Assembly: GCA_028280385.1 (NCBI GenBank)
Contig: JANQLX010000002.1
Span: forward strand, 249,726 to 313,725
DNA length: 64,000 bases
From: Allomuricauda sp.
GTDB taxonomy: Bacteria > Bacteroidota > Bacteroidia > Flavobacteriales > Flavobacteriaceae
Direction: 5' to 3'
The position numbers and the translations under genes were made by a program. The number at the start of each line of letters is the position of its first letter. The first letter of the stretch is position 1. The notes below the pieces were generated by a model. The model ran no database searches and had not been told where the DNA came from. It worked only from the letters and a program-made list of their open reading frames with translations. Of this stretch, positions 1-9,070 are shown in pieces.

Positions 1-599
1 GAATCTACCAATGATGCAATTTGCCCTTCTAAGCGAAGGTAAGCTTCATCATTTTTGGCTTCTTCCTCAGCTTCTTCATTGCTTTTGGCGAGAAAATCCA
101 ATATTTTGTTCAGGGAATTGTCCAACTTGATTCTATTATCCCGCTTCAATCCATATTCAGAATCAATGCATCCCCGCAAAAGAGAAAACTTTACCCCTAG
201 GGCCACCTGGGTTGTGGAAATGGAATCATTTTCCTCTTTGGTATTTATGGCAAAGGATAAAACCGTATTTTGAATCAAGTTGTCGACAATGTCATCAGAG
301 TCAAAATCATCATAGGTAATGTTATTGCCCCCAAATACCCATCCTGGAGCAAATTCCAGCGAATAGGAATTAGGGAAAGCGGTAAAATTCTCGCTAGAGG
401 TACGAAGTGATACTGCTAAATCGGTTGGATTGGTAGGACGTTCAATATCAGTTGTCTGTAGCCCAAGAACCGTAAAAGCCGGGGAACTCGGACTCCTCAA
501 TAAATCCACAGAGATTTCGTCTTTTTTGTCACCATCACCATCTTCTTGCGCAAACATCCAAATAGGTAATATGAATAAGGTTATGAGGAGCTTTTTCAT
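1..599 (-). CDS. hypothetical secreted protein (partial; 3' end runs off the window)
   Basis: Not in the ORF track. Manual reading gives ATG at 599 and an open frame to the window edge: MKKLLITLFILPIWMFA-QEDGDG...RSPSSPAFTVLG..., a Sec signal followed by Gln. Confidence 0.75.
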   Translation of the reverse strand, partial: MKKLLITLFILPIWMFAQEDGDGDKKDEISVDLLRSPSSPAFTVLGLQTTDIERPTNPTDLAVSLRTSSENFTAFPNSYSLEFAPGWVFGGNNITYDDFDSDDIVDNLIQNTVLSFAINTKEENDSISTTQVALGVKFSLLRGCIDSEYGLKRDNRIKLDNSLNKILDFLAKSNEEAEEEAKNDEAYLRLEGQIASLVD

Positions 600-614
600 C
601 AATAGGGTTTTGGA

Positions 615-986
615 TTAAAAAAATAGGATACGGGTGGTGTAAATAACTATGTCCCCATCTTTTTGGACTTTGTATCGAATGGTTGGAAGACTAAGTACAT
701 TGGCACCCCCTCGCAGAATGAATTTGTAACTGGTCTCATTCGTAGTGGGTTGAATATCATATACCACAGTGTGCGCAACAAGTTCAGTGGGCGGCGAGGT
801 TCGCAGTTCCTCGTTACTACCTACTGGAAAATCCTCAATGGTATTTTCAATCTTATCACCAATCAATTTGCCTTTGACGAATACGTCGGTCTTAGCGACT
901 TGTCCGTGACCAATAACAATGGTCAGCAACACGGGGTCTGTACTATTTTTAACCTCATAGATATCTGATGTATTGAATTCTTTCAT
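615..986 (-). CDS. hypothetical beta-rich protein, 123 aa
   Basis: ORF track; lies 15 bp upstream of the previous gene and 49 bp downstream of the next, same strand; alternating hydrophobic pattern suggests beta strands. Confidence 0.75.
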   Translation of the reverse strand: MKEFNTSDIYEVKNSTDPVLLTIVIGHGQVAKTDVFVKGKLIGDKIENTIEDFPVGSNEELRTSPPTELVAHTVVYDIQPTTNETSYKFILRGGANVLSLPTIRYKVQKDGDIVIYTTRILFF

Positions 987-1035
987 GATGTCCTATGTTT
1001 TGTGTCCTTTTTATAGATTTCAATAGTTCGGCAAA

Positions 1036-1698
1036 CTAAGGCCTCACATCATTTCTCTTCCAAGAGTCCCTTACCACCTTAAAAAACTGGTTGATTCCCG
1101 AAGTACCGCCACTCAAAAGTGCCGCTGTAAGAATGATATCAAGATAATACATAATCTTGTGGTTCAGTTCCACTACCCCTTTCCCATTGTGCATTTCTAT
1201 AAAGTCGGTCAGCACCGTAACCCCCGCAATAGCCAAAACAAGGCTAAAGGCAAAAGCCACAACCCGCACAAATCCCATTCTATTCGCATTAATTTCCTGA
1301 AGTACTTCCTGGGCGGACCTGATGGATTCATCCGTATCCGATAGATCACGGTTCAACGTACCAAATGTATCGTAGCGCGCATGATCTGCATTGTTCCGTA
1401 ACCGCTCACTCAAAATCTCTTTCCTTATCCCGTTTCTTTTTTCCCTGTTCACCCTAAGGGTGGTCTCGGCGCCAGTGCGCACCGTTTGGGTTTCCTCGCT
1501 TTCTGGAAAAAAGACCGCAATGAGCTGGTCCAACAGAGCTCCGACAACAATCAGCTTGACTGCCAATTGGCCCAATACTTCAAAAGGTTTGTCCGTCCAG
1601 ACCAGTGGTTCCAGCACCCCTTCATATTTTATGACGAACACCAGGGTGACAATTATAAACACTAGAAATAACCACCAGTATTTTTTTAGGATTTCCAT
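1036..1698 (-). CDS. hypothetical membrane protein (TM pair, coiled coil, TM pair), 220 aa
   Basis: Hydrophobic segments at both ends flank a charged helical region. Confidence 0.75.
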   Translation of the reverse strand: MEILKKYWWLFLVFIIVTLVFVIKYEGVLEPLVWTDKPFEVLGQLAVKLIVVGALLDQLIAVFFPESEETQTVRTGAETTLRVNREKRNGIRKEILSERLRNNADHARYDTFGTLNRDLSDTDESIRSAQEVLQEINANRMGFVRVVAFAFSLVLAIAGVTVLTDFIEMHNGKGVVELNHKIMYYLDIILTAALLSGGTSGINQFFKVVRDSWKRNDVRP

Positions 1699-1745
1699 AC
1701 GTAAATGATTTGCAATAAACTTATGAAGTGGTGGTAAAGAAGGCT

Positions 1746-1763
1746 ATACCCATCAATGGGTAT
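1746..1763. terminator. short hairpin, possible terminator downstream of the AraC gene
   Basis: ATACCCAT-CA-ATGGGTAT perfect inverted repeat 9 bp past the stop at 1772. Confidence 0.3.
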
Positions 1764-1771
1764 TTTATGAT

Positions 1772-2800
1772 TTAGTCCTCCTTTTTGCTCTGCTTTCTAT
1801 ATTCGGATGGTGTTATCCCGGTGTTTTTTTTGAAGGCCGTGTTAAAGGTGGATTTGGAATTGAAACCGACTTCGTAGTAGATGTCCTGAATGCTCAGATG
1901 TTGCAATTTAGGATTGGCCAGTTTCTTTTTGGACTCCTCTATACGCTGGGAGTTGATGATGTTGAGAAAGGAATCGCCATAATGGTGGCTTAAATATCTA
2001 GAAACATGATGTGGAGATACGTTCAACGCTTTCGCCACTTTTTGTTGGTTGATCAAAGGATCGGTAAACACTGAAGGTTTTGTGATATAAATAGGAAACA
2101 GGTTTTCCAAATGTGACCTAATCTCTTTTGGAAGTCCGGAATCCCCATTGCTTTTAAGTTTGGATTTTCCGGTGGCCAGCATATATATCAGATAAAGCAA
2201 CGAATACCCCAATAACGCCTCGGAAAGACAAAAGAGAACCCATGCCCATGTTTCGGAAAGCCACCCCAACTGTGACCATAACACAAGCTCAAGACAGTGT
2301 AACAGAAAGCTTAAACCCCATAGACCCACTACCTTTTTATAGCCGCCAATTTCAGTAGTGGCATTGGCCATTGTTTTAGAAACAAACAGTAGGGCTACGG
2401 CGTACACAATAAAATGTACTAGACCGGTAATGACCAGCAATTGTTCCACACCCGGATTGGCATATAGAAGAAACGCTCCCACAACAGCCGGAACAAAATG
2501 GAGCAGAATGGCAGGTTTCCGTGGGAGCTGTTCAAGCTTAATGAACAGCACTGGACCCAGCACAAAATATAAAAGCTGCCCATAGCTATATGCCGTTGTA
2601 ATTAAAGCGCTTGAGGAATTAATCCATGAGGTGAATCTTAAAAAACCCAACAAATGCAGAAGCAAAAAGACCAAAATGGAAATTCCCCAATGCCTAAATG
2701 CGATTTTGTCCTTTTGTTTAAAGAGAATAAGCAGGATCAGTCCGCATAAAAAGAATATGAGGAAATGAAGCAAACTCTTGATCCAAAAAAGTTCTATCAT
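1772..2800 (-). CDS. membrane-anchored AraC family transcriptional regulator
   Basis: About 6-7 N-terminal TM helices; C-terminal AraC HTH signature IQDIYYEVGFNSKSTFNTAFKKNTGITPSEYR. Confidence 0.92.
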   Translation of the reverse strand: MIELFWIKSLLHFLIFFLCGLILLILFKQKDKIAFRHWGISILVFLLLHLLGFLRFTSWINSSSALITTAYSYGQLLYFVLGPVLFIKLEQLPRKPAILLHFVPAVVGAFLLYANPGVEQLLVITGLVHFIVYAVALLFVSKTMANATTEIGGYKKVVGLWGLSFLLHCLELVLWSQLGWLSETWAWVLFCLSEALLGYSLLYLIYMLATGKSKLKSNGDSGLPKEIRSHLENLFPIYITKPSVFTDPLINQQKVAKALNVSPHHVSRYLSHHYGDSFLNIINSQRIEESKKKLANPKLQHLSIQDIYYEVGFNSKSTFNTAFKKNTGITPSEYRKQSKKED

Positions 2801-2885
2801 AACTACTAATGGCCGAAATTGACAAAGAAGGGTTCTAATTAAATAATTCGAACAAACTTACTCCCATATCCCCCTATCATTGGGT

Positions 2886-4079
2886 ATGAAAACAAAGGTG
2901 ATATTCCCATTTCTTTTTCTTGGCACTTGTCTTTCATGGTGTCAAGATATAAAGTTTGTACAAAGTTTGCCCTTTCCAAACCAATGGATAAGCAGCGAGT
3001 CAAGTCTTGCCATTAGTGTTACGGCACCCAACCAGTTGATGGCAGCTTTCTTGGGAGTGCATCCACAAGCTGAAAAGCCGGAATATCAAACGGTAATTTT
3101 ACATTCTTATAATCACGGTAAAAGCTGGACCACCGAAAATCGGATATTTTCGAACCAAGCGGCCGATCCATGGTTAGTTGGAACCAATACGGATGAATTT
3201 GTTTTTTCAGACATCAGTGAGGGCAACGATTTTCACTTAAAAACTTGGTCCTATAAAGATGGGTTATGGAACTCCGCTCTTTCACATGGATTGGGCCATG
3301 ACCACACCACATTGATCACAGATAGGAATACTGATTTCCTGTTTTCCACGCAACGTAAGACCAAGAAAAAGCTTTTATATGTTTCAACCCATGTTGCCGA
3401 TACTTTAGGATTTAGGTCCAAATCCATCGAGTTGTTCAACGGCTGTGATTTCAGCGTTAAAAAACCGGTTTTGTTGAAAAACCATATCGCTATTCCAGTT
3501 GTGCTTAGAGGAAGTTTAAACGGGGAATCGGCCCAGAACTTTAGACAAATGACCAGTTGGCTTTTTCTATTGGACAGAAATACGTTTACTATTTCTGCTC
3601 CTGAATTGATTACTACAAAATCCGGTGGAAAACACCATATTCTCGTAAACGGAAATGAAGAATTGTACTACTGCTTCACAGATATGGAGCGCAAACGATT
3701 GGAAGTAATAAAAAAAGCAACCCTGGATGTTTCATGGAGCCTGCCCAAAACGATTACTTCTTCCGAACATCTTGTAAATCTGGACGCCGCTATATGGCAC
3801 AACAACAGCCTGGTTGTCATTTATACGAAAGAAACAAAGCCAGGGCATTTTCAAAAGTATATTTTGGTCATCTCAAAGGACCTCGCCATAGGGAGTGCAA
3901 TAAAACTTGGCCCAGAAAGTGTTCCAGATTCAAGAAATGGTTGGGCCTTGAGGGCCTGGCCCCAGGGCGGGGATTACTGTGGCTTGGTTGCGTCATCAAA
4001 TAAATTGCTCTACGTGGTTTGGTCCGCTGCCCCAGATGGATTGTTCAAACCTTATTTCTCTCAAATACAGCTCCCATGA
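2886..4079 (+). CDS. secreted sialidase-like/BNR beta-propeller protein
   Basis: Signal peptide MKTKVIFPFLFLGTCLSWC-Q; Asp-box-like SYNHGKSW; late GDYCGL motif. ATG 2886 preferred over TTG 2880. Confidence 0.6.
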   Translation: MKTKVIFPFLFLGTCLSWCQDIKFVQSLPFPNQWISSESSLAISVTAPNQLMAAFLGVHPQAEKPEYQTVILHSYNHGKSWTTENRIFSNQAADPWLVGTNTDEFVFSDISEGNDFHLKTWSYKDGLWNSALSHGLGHDHTTLITDRNTDFLFSTQRKTKKKLLYVSTHVADTLGFRSKSIELFNGCDFSVKKPVLLKNHIAIPVVLRGSLNGESAQNFRQMTSWLFLLDRNTFTISAPELITTKSGGKHHILVNGNEELYYCFTDMERKRLEVIKKATLDVSWSLPKTITSSEHLVNLDAAIWHNNSLVVIYTKETKPGHFQKYILVISKDLAIGSAIKLGPESVPDSRNGWALRAWPQGGDYCGLVASSNKLLYVVWSAAPDGLFKPYFSQIQLP

Positions 4080-5464
4080 TCAGAATATTATTTATGGTGT
4101 TAGTCATCCAATTCTCGAATGCACAACAAACCAATGTTTTAAAGCAAGAAGCTGCTGGGTTTTTGGATGCGATCAGACCCGAACTGGTATCTATCTCGGA
4201 TTCCATTTGGAGTTTATCCGAGCCATCTTTCAAGGAATACCAAACCGCGCAATTACTCAAAGATAAGTTGAGGAATGCCGGATTTAAGGTTACCCCATTT
4301 GGTGCTGGCTATGGCACTATGTTCATGGCATCCTATGGAGAAATGGGACCCAAAGTGGGTATTTTGTCGGAAGCAGATGCAGACGGTTTGTTGGAACCCA
4401 TGGCCGATATGCCGCTCCCCAATACAAAATATGGACAATCGGCAGGCCATCACCTTCTGGCCACTGGAAGTCTGGGCGCTGTGTTGGCCCTAAAGTCGCT
4501 AATGGATCAAGGGAAAATCAATTTAAGACTTACTTATATCCACAGCACTGCCGAAGGCAGTCTTGGAGGCAGGGTACCCATGGCACAAGCGGGTTATTTT
4601 GATGATTTGGACCTGGCATTCTATTGGCACCCCTCTCCAGTGACCAGTGCCAATCCCAATAGATGGGATGCCATCATAGATATGGAAATATCATTTTTGC
4701 CAGATGTATCCATGGAAGATGCCCAAATAGGATTTCTCAATCACATTCAAGCCCTAAAAAAGCAATATGGCAAAGATGTATTGATGCACTTCAAGTTGCA
4801 ACATGAGGTTATGGATGTTGCCAATGCCAACAATGGGCTGATCATGCACCTGCGGATACAACATGCCAAACAAGACCAAGCCCAGGAAATACTAGATCGT
4901 GTGGTAACCACATTGGAATCAGAACCCTTAAGGTCCAAGGTGAAATGGAAGGTTTTTAGGGCGGTGCGCGAGTTTATGCCCAATGCGGTAGGAAACAAAC
5001 TGGCCTATGATAATATGATGCGCTTGTCCAAACGGAGCGTCACATCCAATGATAGCATATTGGCTCAAAAAATTTGGAAAAGAGCCAACACACAACAGGG
5101 AAGATTCTTATTGGATGCACGAACATGGAATGCGGCTATTCCAGATGGACTTTATGGCTACGGTAGTGATATTGGGGATGTAAGTTGGCGAGTGCCCCTG
5201 ATTTCATTCGTGGTGAGTTGTATTCCAACCGGATTATCGATGAGAAATTGGGAGGCCACGGCTTTTGGAAAAAGTGATTTTGGCAAAGGAGGTATGATGG
5301 ATGCTTCGAAAGTCATGGTCTTCACCGTTATCGATTATCTTTTTGACGAAACAGCTAAACATAAAATTCAATCAGAATTTGAATCTCGATTACATCAAAA
5401 AAGAAATATCAAGAATATTGAGATTGAGCCTACTGCTTTTTCTAAATTGAAAAGAACGCAATAG
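4076..5464 (+). CDS. secreted M20/AbgB-like amidohydrolase homolog with degenerate metal site
   Basis: ATG 4076 overlaps the upstream TGA (ATGA); signal MIRILFMVLVIQFSNA-Q; AbgB-like segments IWSLSEPSFKEYQTA, WHP, GSDIGDVSW. Confidence 0.8.
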   Translation: MIRILFMVLVIQFSNAQQTNVLKQEAAGFLDAIRPELVSISDSIWSLSEPSFKEYQTAQLLKDKLRNAGFKVTPFGAGYGTMFMASYGEMGPKVGILSEADADGLLEPMADMPLPNTKYGQSAGHHLLATGSLGAVLALKSLMDQGKINLRLTYIHSTAEGSLGGRVPMAQAGYFDDLDLAFYWHPSPVTSANPNRWDAIIDMEISFLPDVSMEDAQIGFLNHIQALKKQYGKDVLMHFKLQHEVMDVANANNGLIMHLRIQHAKQDQAQEILDRVVTTLESEPLRSKVKWKVFRAVREFMPNAVGNKLAYDNMMRLSKRSVTSNDSILAQKIWKRANTQQGRFLLDARTWNAAIPDGLYGYGSDIGDVSWRVPLISFVVSCIPTGLSMRNWEATAFGKSDFGKGGMMDASKVMVFTVIDYLFDETAKHKIQSEFESRLHQKRNIKNIEIEPTAFSKLKRTQ

Positions 5465-5477
5465 TCTCACACTAGGG

Positions 5478-6527
5478 TCAACTTTGATTTTTCTTATAAG
5501 CCGATGGAGTAACTCCCTCAAATTTTTTAAAGGCAGTATTAAAGGAAGAAAGGCTATTAAAGCCACAATCAAATGCGATGGCTGAGATAGTGAATTGATT
5601 ACCGGGGTCCTGTAGCAATTTTTTGGCTTCCTCTATTCTGAAATGGTTGATAAAATCGTTAAAGTTCTGTTTGGCATACTGGTTAATTACCTCAGAAGTT
5701 TTTTGGGTGGTGAGCTGTAGTTTTTTACTTAGACTTGCCAGGGAAACATCCGGTTCCAAATACAGTTTGTTTTCTTTTACAAGGCTTGATAATTGATGAA
5801 ACAATTGGGCATGGTCACTTTCCTTAAAAACAGACCCATCCAAATCCGTTATTTTAAGTTGAAAGGCCCTAAAACTCAAATAGTAAATCGCCAACGAATA
5901 CATTATTGGGCCCACTATGTAGGGAACGGTGTCCTCAATAATGTTCAACGCGTAAGAAATCCAAATAACCACAAAACCTATCAATATTAAACTTAGCCAT
6001 TGAAAAATTGCTTTTTGCGATTTCGTCCTTAGTGACTGTGGATGTTTTTTTCCCGCCCCCTTCACAATAGTTGCAGCAATAAAGATGTAGAAGGCCAAAT
6101 GGAGATAGATAGCAATGAGAATGCTTCCAAAAAAGATGATAACCTCTTTGTCGGCGTTTTCGAACCAACTTTCCGCGATAAAAAAACTCAAAACAAAGAC
6201 CAGAATAAAAGGAACAAACTCCCATAGATAATACTTTGGCAATTTGTAATCCACTTGGGTCATTCCGCATACATACCATCGGAGTAAGGGTCCAATCAGC
6301 AAGAGAAAGGCCAAACCTGCAAAGATAAAAACCGGTTCCAGTTCACTGTTAAAATTGAGCAGTACGGATTTCCCTATCCGGAAGGCCATAAAAATGAGAA
6401 TCATGGCCAATAGATAGTTGGGCAGTGTTTTTCTTTTCTTGAAAAAACAGAGATATGTGGCAAAAGTTATTCCGTGCAGCAAGCCTGCAGTACTAAGAAC
6501 AACAAGAAGTATATCAATAAAACCCAA
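5478..6527 (-). CDS. membrane-anchored AraC family transcriptional regulator
   Basis: About 7 TM helices, then ISAIAFDCGFNSLSSFNTAFKKFEGVTPSAY. Confidence 0.92.
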   Translation of the reverse strand: MGFIDILLVVLSTAGLLHGITFATYLCFFKKRKTLPNYLLAMILIFMAFRIGKSVLLNFNSELEPVFIFAGLAFLLLIGPLLRWYVCGMTQVDYKLPKYYLWEFVPFILVFVLSFFIAESWFENADKEVIIFFGSILIAIYLHLAFYIFIAATIVKGAGKKHPQSLRTKSQKAIFQWLSLILIGFVVIWISYALNIIEDTVPYIVGPIMYSLAIYYLSFRAFQLKITDLDGSVFKESDHAQLFHQLSSLVKENKLYLEPDVSLASLSKKLQLTTQKTSEVINQYAKQNFNDFINHFRIEEAKKLLQDPGNQFTISAIAFDCGFNSLSSFNTAFKKFEGVTPSAYKKNQS

Positions 6528-6549
6528 CTACCTATTTTCTCAAATGTAG

Positions 6550-7656
6550 CTATAATTTTCTGCTTTTGGATTCGCACTTTTTCGCAAAGGAAACCATCCC
6601 AACAAGACTTGTAAAATCTCCCATTTCTCCTTTCATAGCGGCAATAATCCCATGTTTTGCTATCAATACCCGGTCTAAAGGCTGCCTTTCTTTTATAACC
6701 ATGGATTCAATCATTTGTTTAGCCGGGGAGCGTCCCATGTCCTTGTATGTGGAAATCACCTTCACTGCATTTTCCTCGGCTGTGATTTCCCGCGGTTTTG
6801 GGGTATAGCCCAACTGCTGGATCATTTGCTCTGCCAAACGCCAGGTAGACCATGGATTTTGTCCCGTGATCAAATTTTGGTCGTGACTTACCTTTTCAAG
6901 ATACATGGCCCCTTCCCTGAATTTGGCCCCTTTTTCTTCTATTTTATCTTGCAATAAAAATGGGAAAACGGTTCTAGCATCCGCTATGAGCAGCAATTCC
7001 TCCTTATTTGTAAAACTGCTTACTTGTTTGTCCCGCAAAAGAGGGCGACCATCATCCAAGGTCACATTGACCAACGCAGCTGGCCCATGACAGACCGCCC
7101 CGATAACTTTGTTGGATTGATAATAATCCTTAACTATTTTTTGAATGACCTGATTATTTGGGAAATCGAACATAGCACCCTTCCCTCCTGCAAAATACAC
7201 GGCCTGATAACCATCTGGGTCAACCTCCTTTAAAGCAATGGTATTTCTTGTTTTGGACTGTGCCACGGGATCATTCAGAAAAGCATAGTCAAATGCACCC
7301 ATATCCTCATCATCAATAACAACAGGGGCTTGTCCTCCTTCAGGACTGGCTATATCCACCTCAAATCCATTGGCCATGAACGTGTAATAGGCCCTTGCCA
7401 ATTCCGTAAGCTCATAACCCGTGGTTTTACCGCTATTGCCCATACTGGCCGTACTGGTAACCACGGCCAATATCTTGCCCCTTTTGGTAATTATATTTTC
7501 AGAAAGGTAGGCAATGTCACCCGCCTTGGTGGATTCAATGTTGATATCCCGTGGCGGAATAAGACTTTTGAACCAAAAACCAAATGAAACGACAACAAGG
7601 ATTACACTGACAATAAAAACAGAAATCCATTTAAGTACCCGATATTTTCTAAACAT
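6550..7656 (-). CDS. DJ-1/PfpI (type 1 glutamine amidotransferase-like) protein with N-terminal anchor
   Basis: TGYELTE, AGGKGAMFDF, GAVCHGPAAL (Cys nucleophile), TGQNP; N-terminal TM segment. Confidence 0.88.
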   Translation of the reverse strand: MFRKYRVLKWISVFIVSVILVVVSFGFWFKSLIPPRDINIESTKAGDIAYLSENIITKRGKILAVVTSTASMGNSGKTTGYELTELARAYYTFMANGFEVDIASPEGGQAPVVIDDEDMGAFDYAFLNDPVAQSKTRNTIALKEVDPDGYQAVYFAGGKGAMFDFPNNQVIQKIVKDYYQSNKVIGAVCHGPAALVNVTLDDGRPLLRDKQVSSFTNKEELLLIADARTVFPFLLQDKIEEKGAKFREGAMYLEKVSHDQNLITGQNPWSTWRLAEQMIQQLGYTPKPREITAEENAVKVISTYKDMGRSPAKQMIESMVIKERQPLDRVLIAKHGIIAAMKGEMGDFTSLVGMVSFAKKCESKSRKL

Positions 7657-7775
7657 GACTTGTGATTTAAAATTATTGGGCTAAATAATGCTTCCATCAC
7701 AAGAAAAACTGTCGAAATGATAATTCCGTCAGAGTAAAATATGATTAAAGAAGTGGGATTTAACGGATTTGTTGG

Positions 7776-8807
7776 CTACAAAACCGGCTCCAAGTGCTTC
7801 ATCCTATATTCGTTGGGAGTGCACTGCTCATGTTTCTTGAACACCGAGGAAAAATACTGACTGGTGGTAAAACCACATTGATACGCAATTTCGGTGATGG
7901 TTTTGGCATCGTCTTCCAACAGCATCCTTTTGGACATTTCCAGTCGTCTAAGCATCAGATAACGCATTGGAGTGACGTTGGTGAGCTGCTTGCAGTGATA
8001 GGTAAAACGGGTAACACCCACCCCAGCCGATTGCGACATTTGCTCTATGGTCCAATTCTCTGCCAAACTGTTTTCCAACTCTTTCAAGAAGAAATGTACA
8101 CTTCGGGAACTTTCAGTAAGGGATTCGTTCAATACCACATCGTCGGTATCCACCAAATCGAGAATCAAGATCAAAAGATAATTGACAAGCAATCTAATTT
8201 TTGAGGCATTGCTGCCAGCCTCATCAGTATCCACAGCCTTTCCAATATTGATAAAACAATTACGGACCTCCTTGTTGGTCTTCAGAATGGATTGTTCATT
8301 TTGTCGTAGTATGGTGGTTAACCTATTCAGGTCCTCGGGGGTTAAAGTAACCCATTCTGGCCACTGCCATTCCTGATGTGGTCTGCGAACACCCAAATCC
8401 AAAATGACCCAGTAAAATTTACCCATCCCCACATACGGATTACCCACCTTATGGGCTTCCCAGGGTCGGGTTATGGTGAGATAGTTTGGTTTTAACACCA
8501 CTTCCTTGTTCTCTTGGGCATAGGGCATGCTTCCCGACTCCAAGAAATGGAATTCTATCCCTTCGTTCCTGTGCCAGTCCAATCCCCAGTCCTGTGGTTC
8601 GTGGGCGTCCCAATAGCCAATACTGTTCAATCCCAAGGTATTGTCATCCAATCTTTCACCTGGATAGGTGTGACGTGCCAGCATTTTGGATTTGATCTTG
8701 TTTCTCTTGGCCGCATCAACCAAAGGCAGGCATTTGTCCGCATGGTAAACGATGCCATCTCCCAAATAAGGTTCTATCTCCTGTACATTTTCTTTCATTG
8801 AAACCAC
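7776..8807 (-). CDS. cytoplasmic AraC family transcriptional regulator (cupin-like sensor domain)
   Basis: WHRNEGIEFHFLESG cupin-like segment; C-terminal ITEIAYQCGFTTSQYFSSVFKK. Start may be 8798. Confidence 0.92.
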   Translation of the reverse strand: MVSMKENVQEIEPYLGDGIVYHADKCLPLVDAAKRNKIKSKMLARHTYPGERLDDNTLGLNSIGYWDAHEPQDWGLDWHRNEGIEFHFLESGSMPYAQENKEVVLKPNYLTITRPWEAHKVGNPYVGMGKFYWVILDLGVRRPHQEWQWPEWVTLTPEDLNRLTTILRQNEQSILKTNKEVRNCFINIGKAVDTDEAGSNASKIRLLVNYLLILILDLVDTDDVVLNESLTESSRSVHFFLKELENSLAENWTIEQMSQSAGVGVTRFTYHCKQLTNVTPMRYLMLRRLEMSKRMLLEDDAKTITEIAYQCGFTTSQYFSSVFKKHEQCTPNEYRMKHLEPVL

Positions 8808-8931
8808 ATAAGCAATAAGAGGTGGAAATTAACCATTTCATGGGCCTAATCAAAACCGAATCGCCCACCAACTAAGGGATTTAACTTAAATCGTGGTTTT
8901 TTTAACAATCCTACCAAAGTTCAACCACAGC

Positions 8932-8992
8932 TGTACAAAATATTTCAGTGTTTGATAGTGCACAATTAAAAATCCGCAATTGGCTAACTTTC
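8932..8992 (+). promoter_or_regulatory. conserved promoter/operator block A, shared with 19013-19073
   Basis: TGTACAAAATATTTCAGTG-N6-AGTGCACA-N18-GCTAACTTTC; the last block contains TAACTTTC, a one-mismatch Bacteroidetes -7 element (TAnnTTTG). Confidence 0.7.
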
Positions 8993-9070
8993 CAAGTTGA
9001 AATATCAACTACCGGGCATGCCCTTTGGAGTATCCCAATGTTGAACCCTTACACAAACGAAACAACCAAA

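Noticed and set aside
8948-9070. Long N-terminal extensions from the ORF track (also 4019, 13339, 28862, 28933, 51891, 51903, 54873, 63768)
   Set aside because: Downstream ATGs give clean signal peptides, lipoboxes or stop/start overlaps, and the 8948 extension runs through a conserved promoter block.
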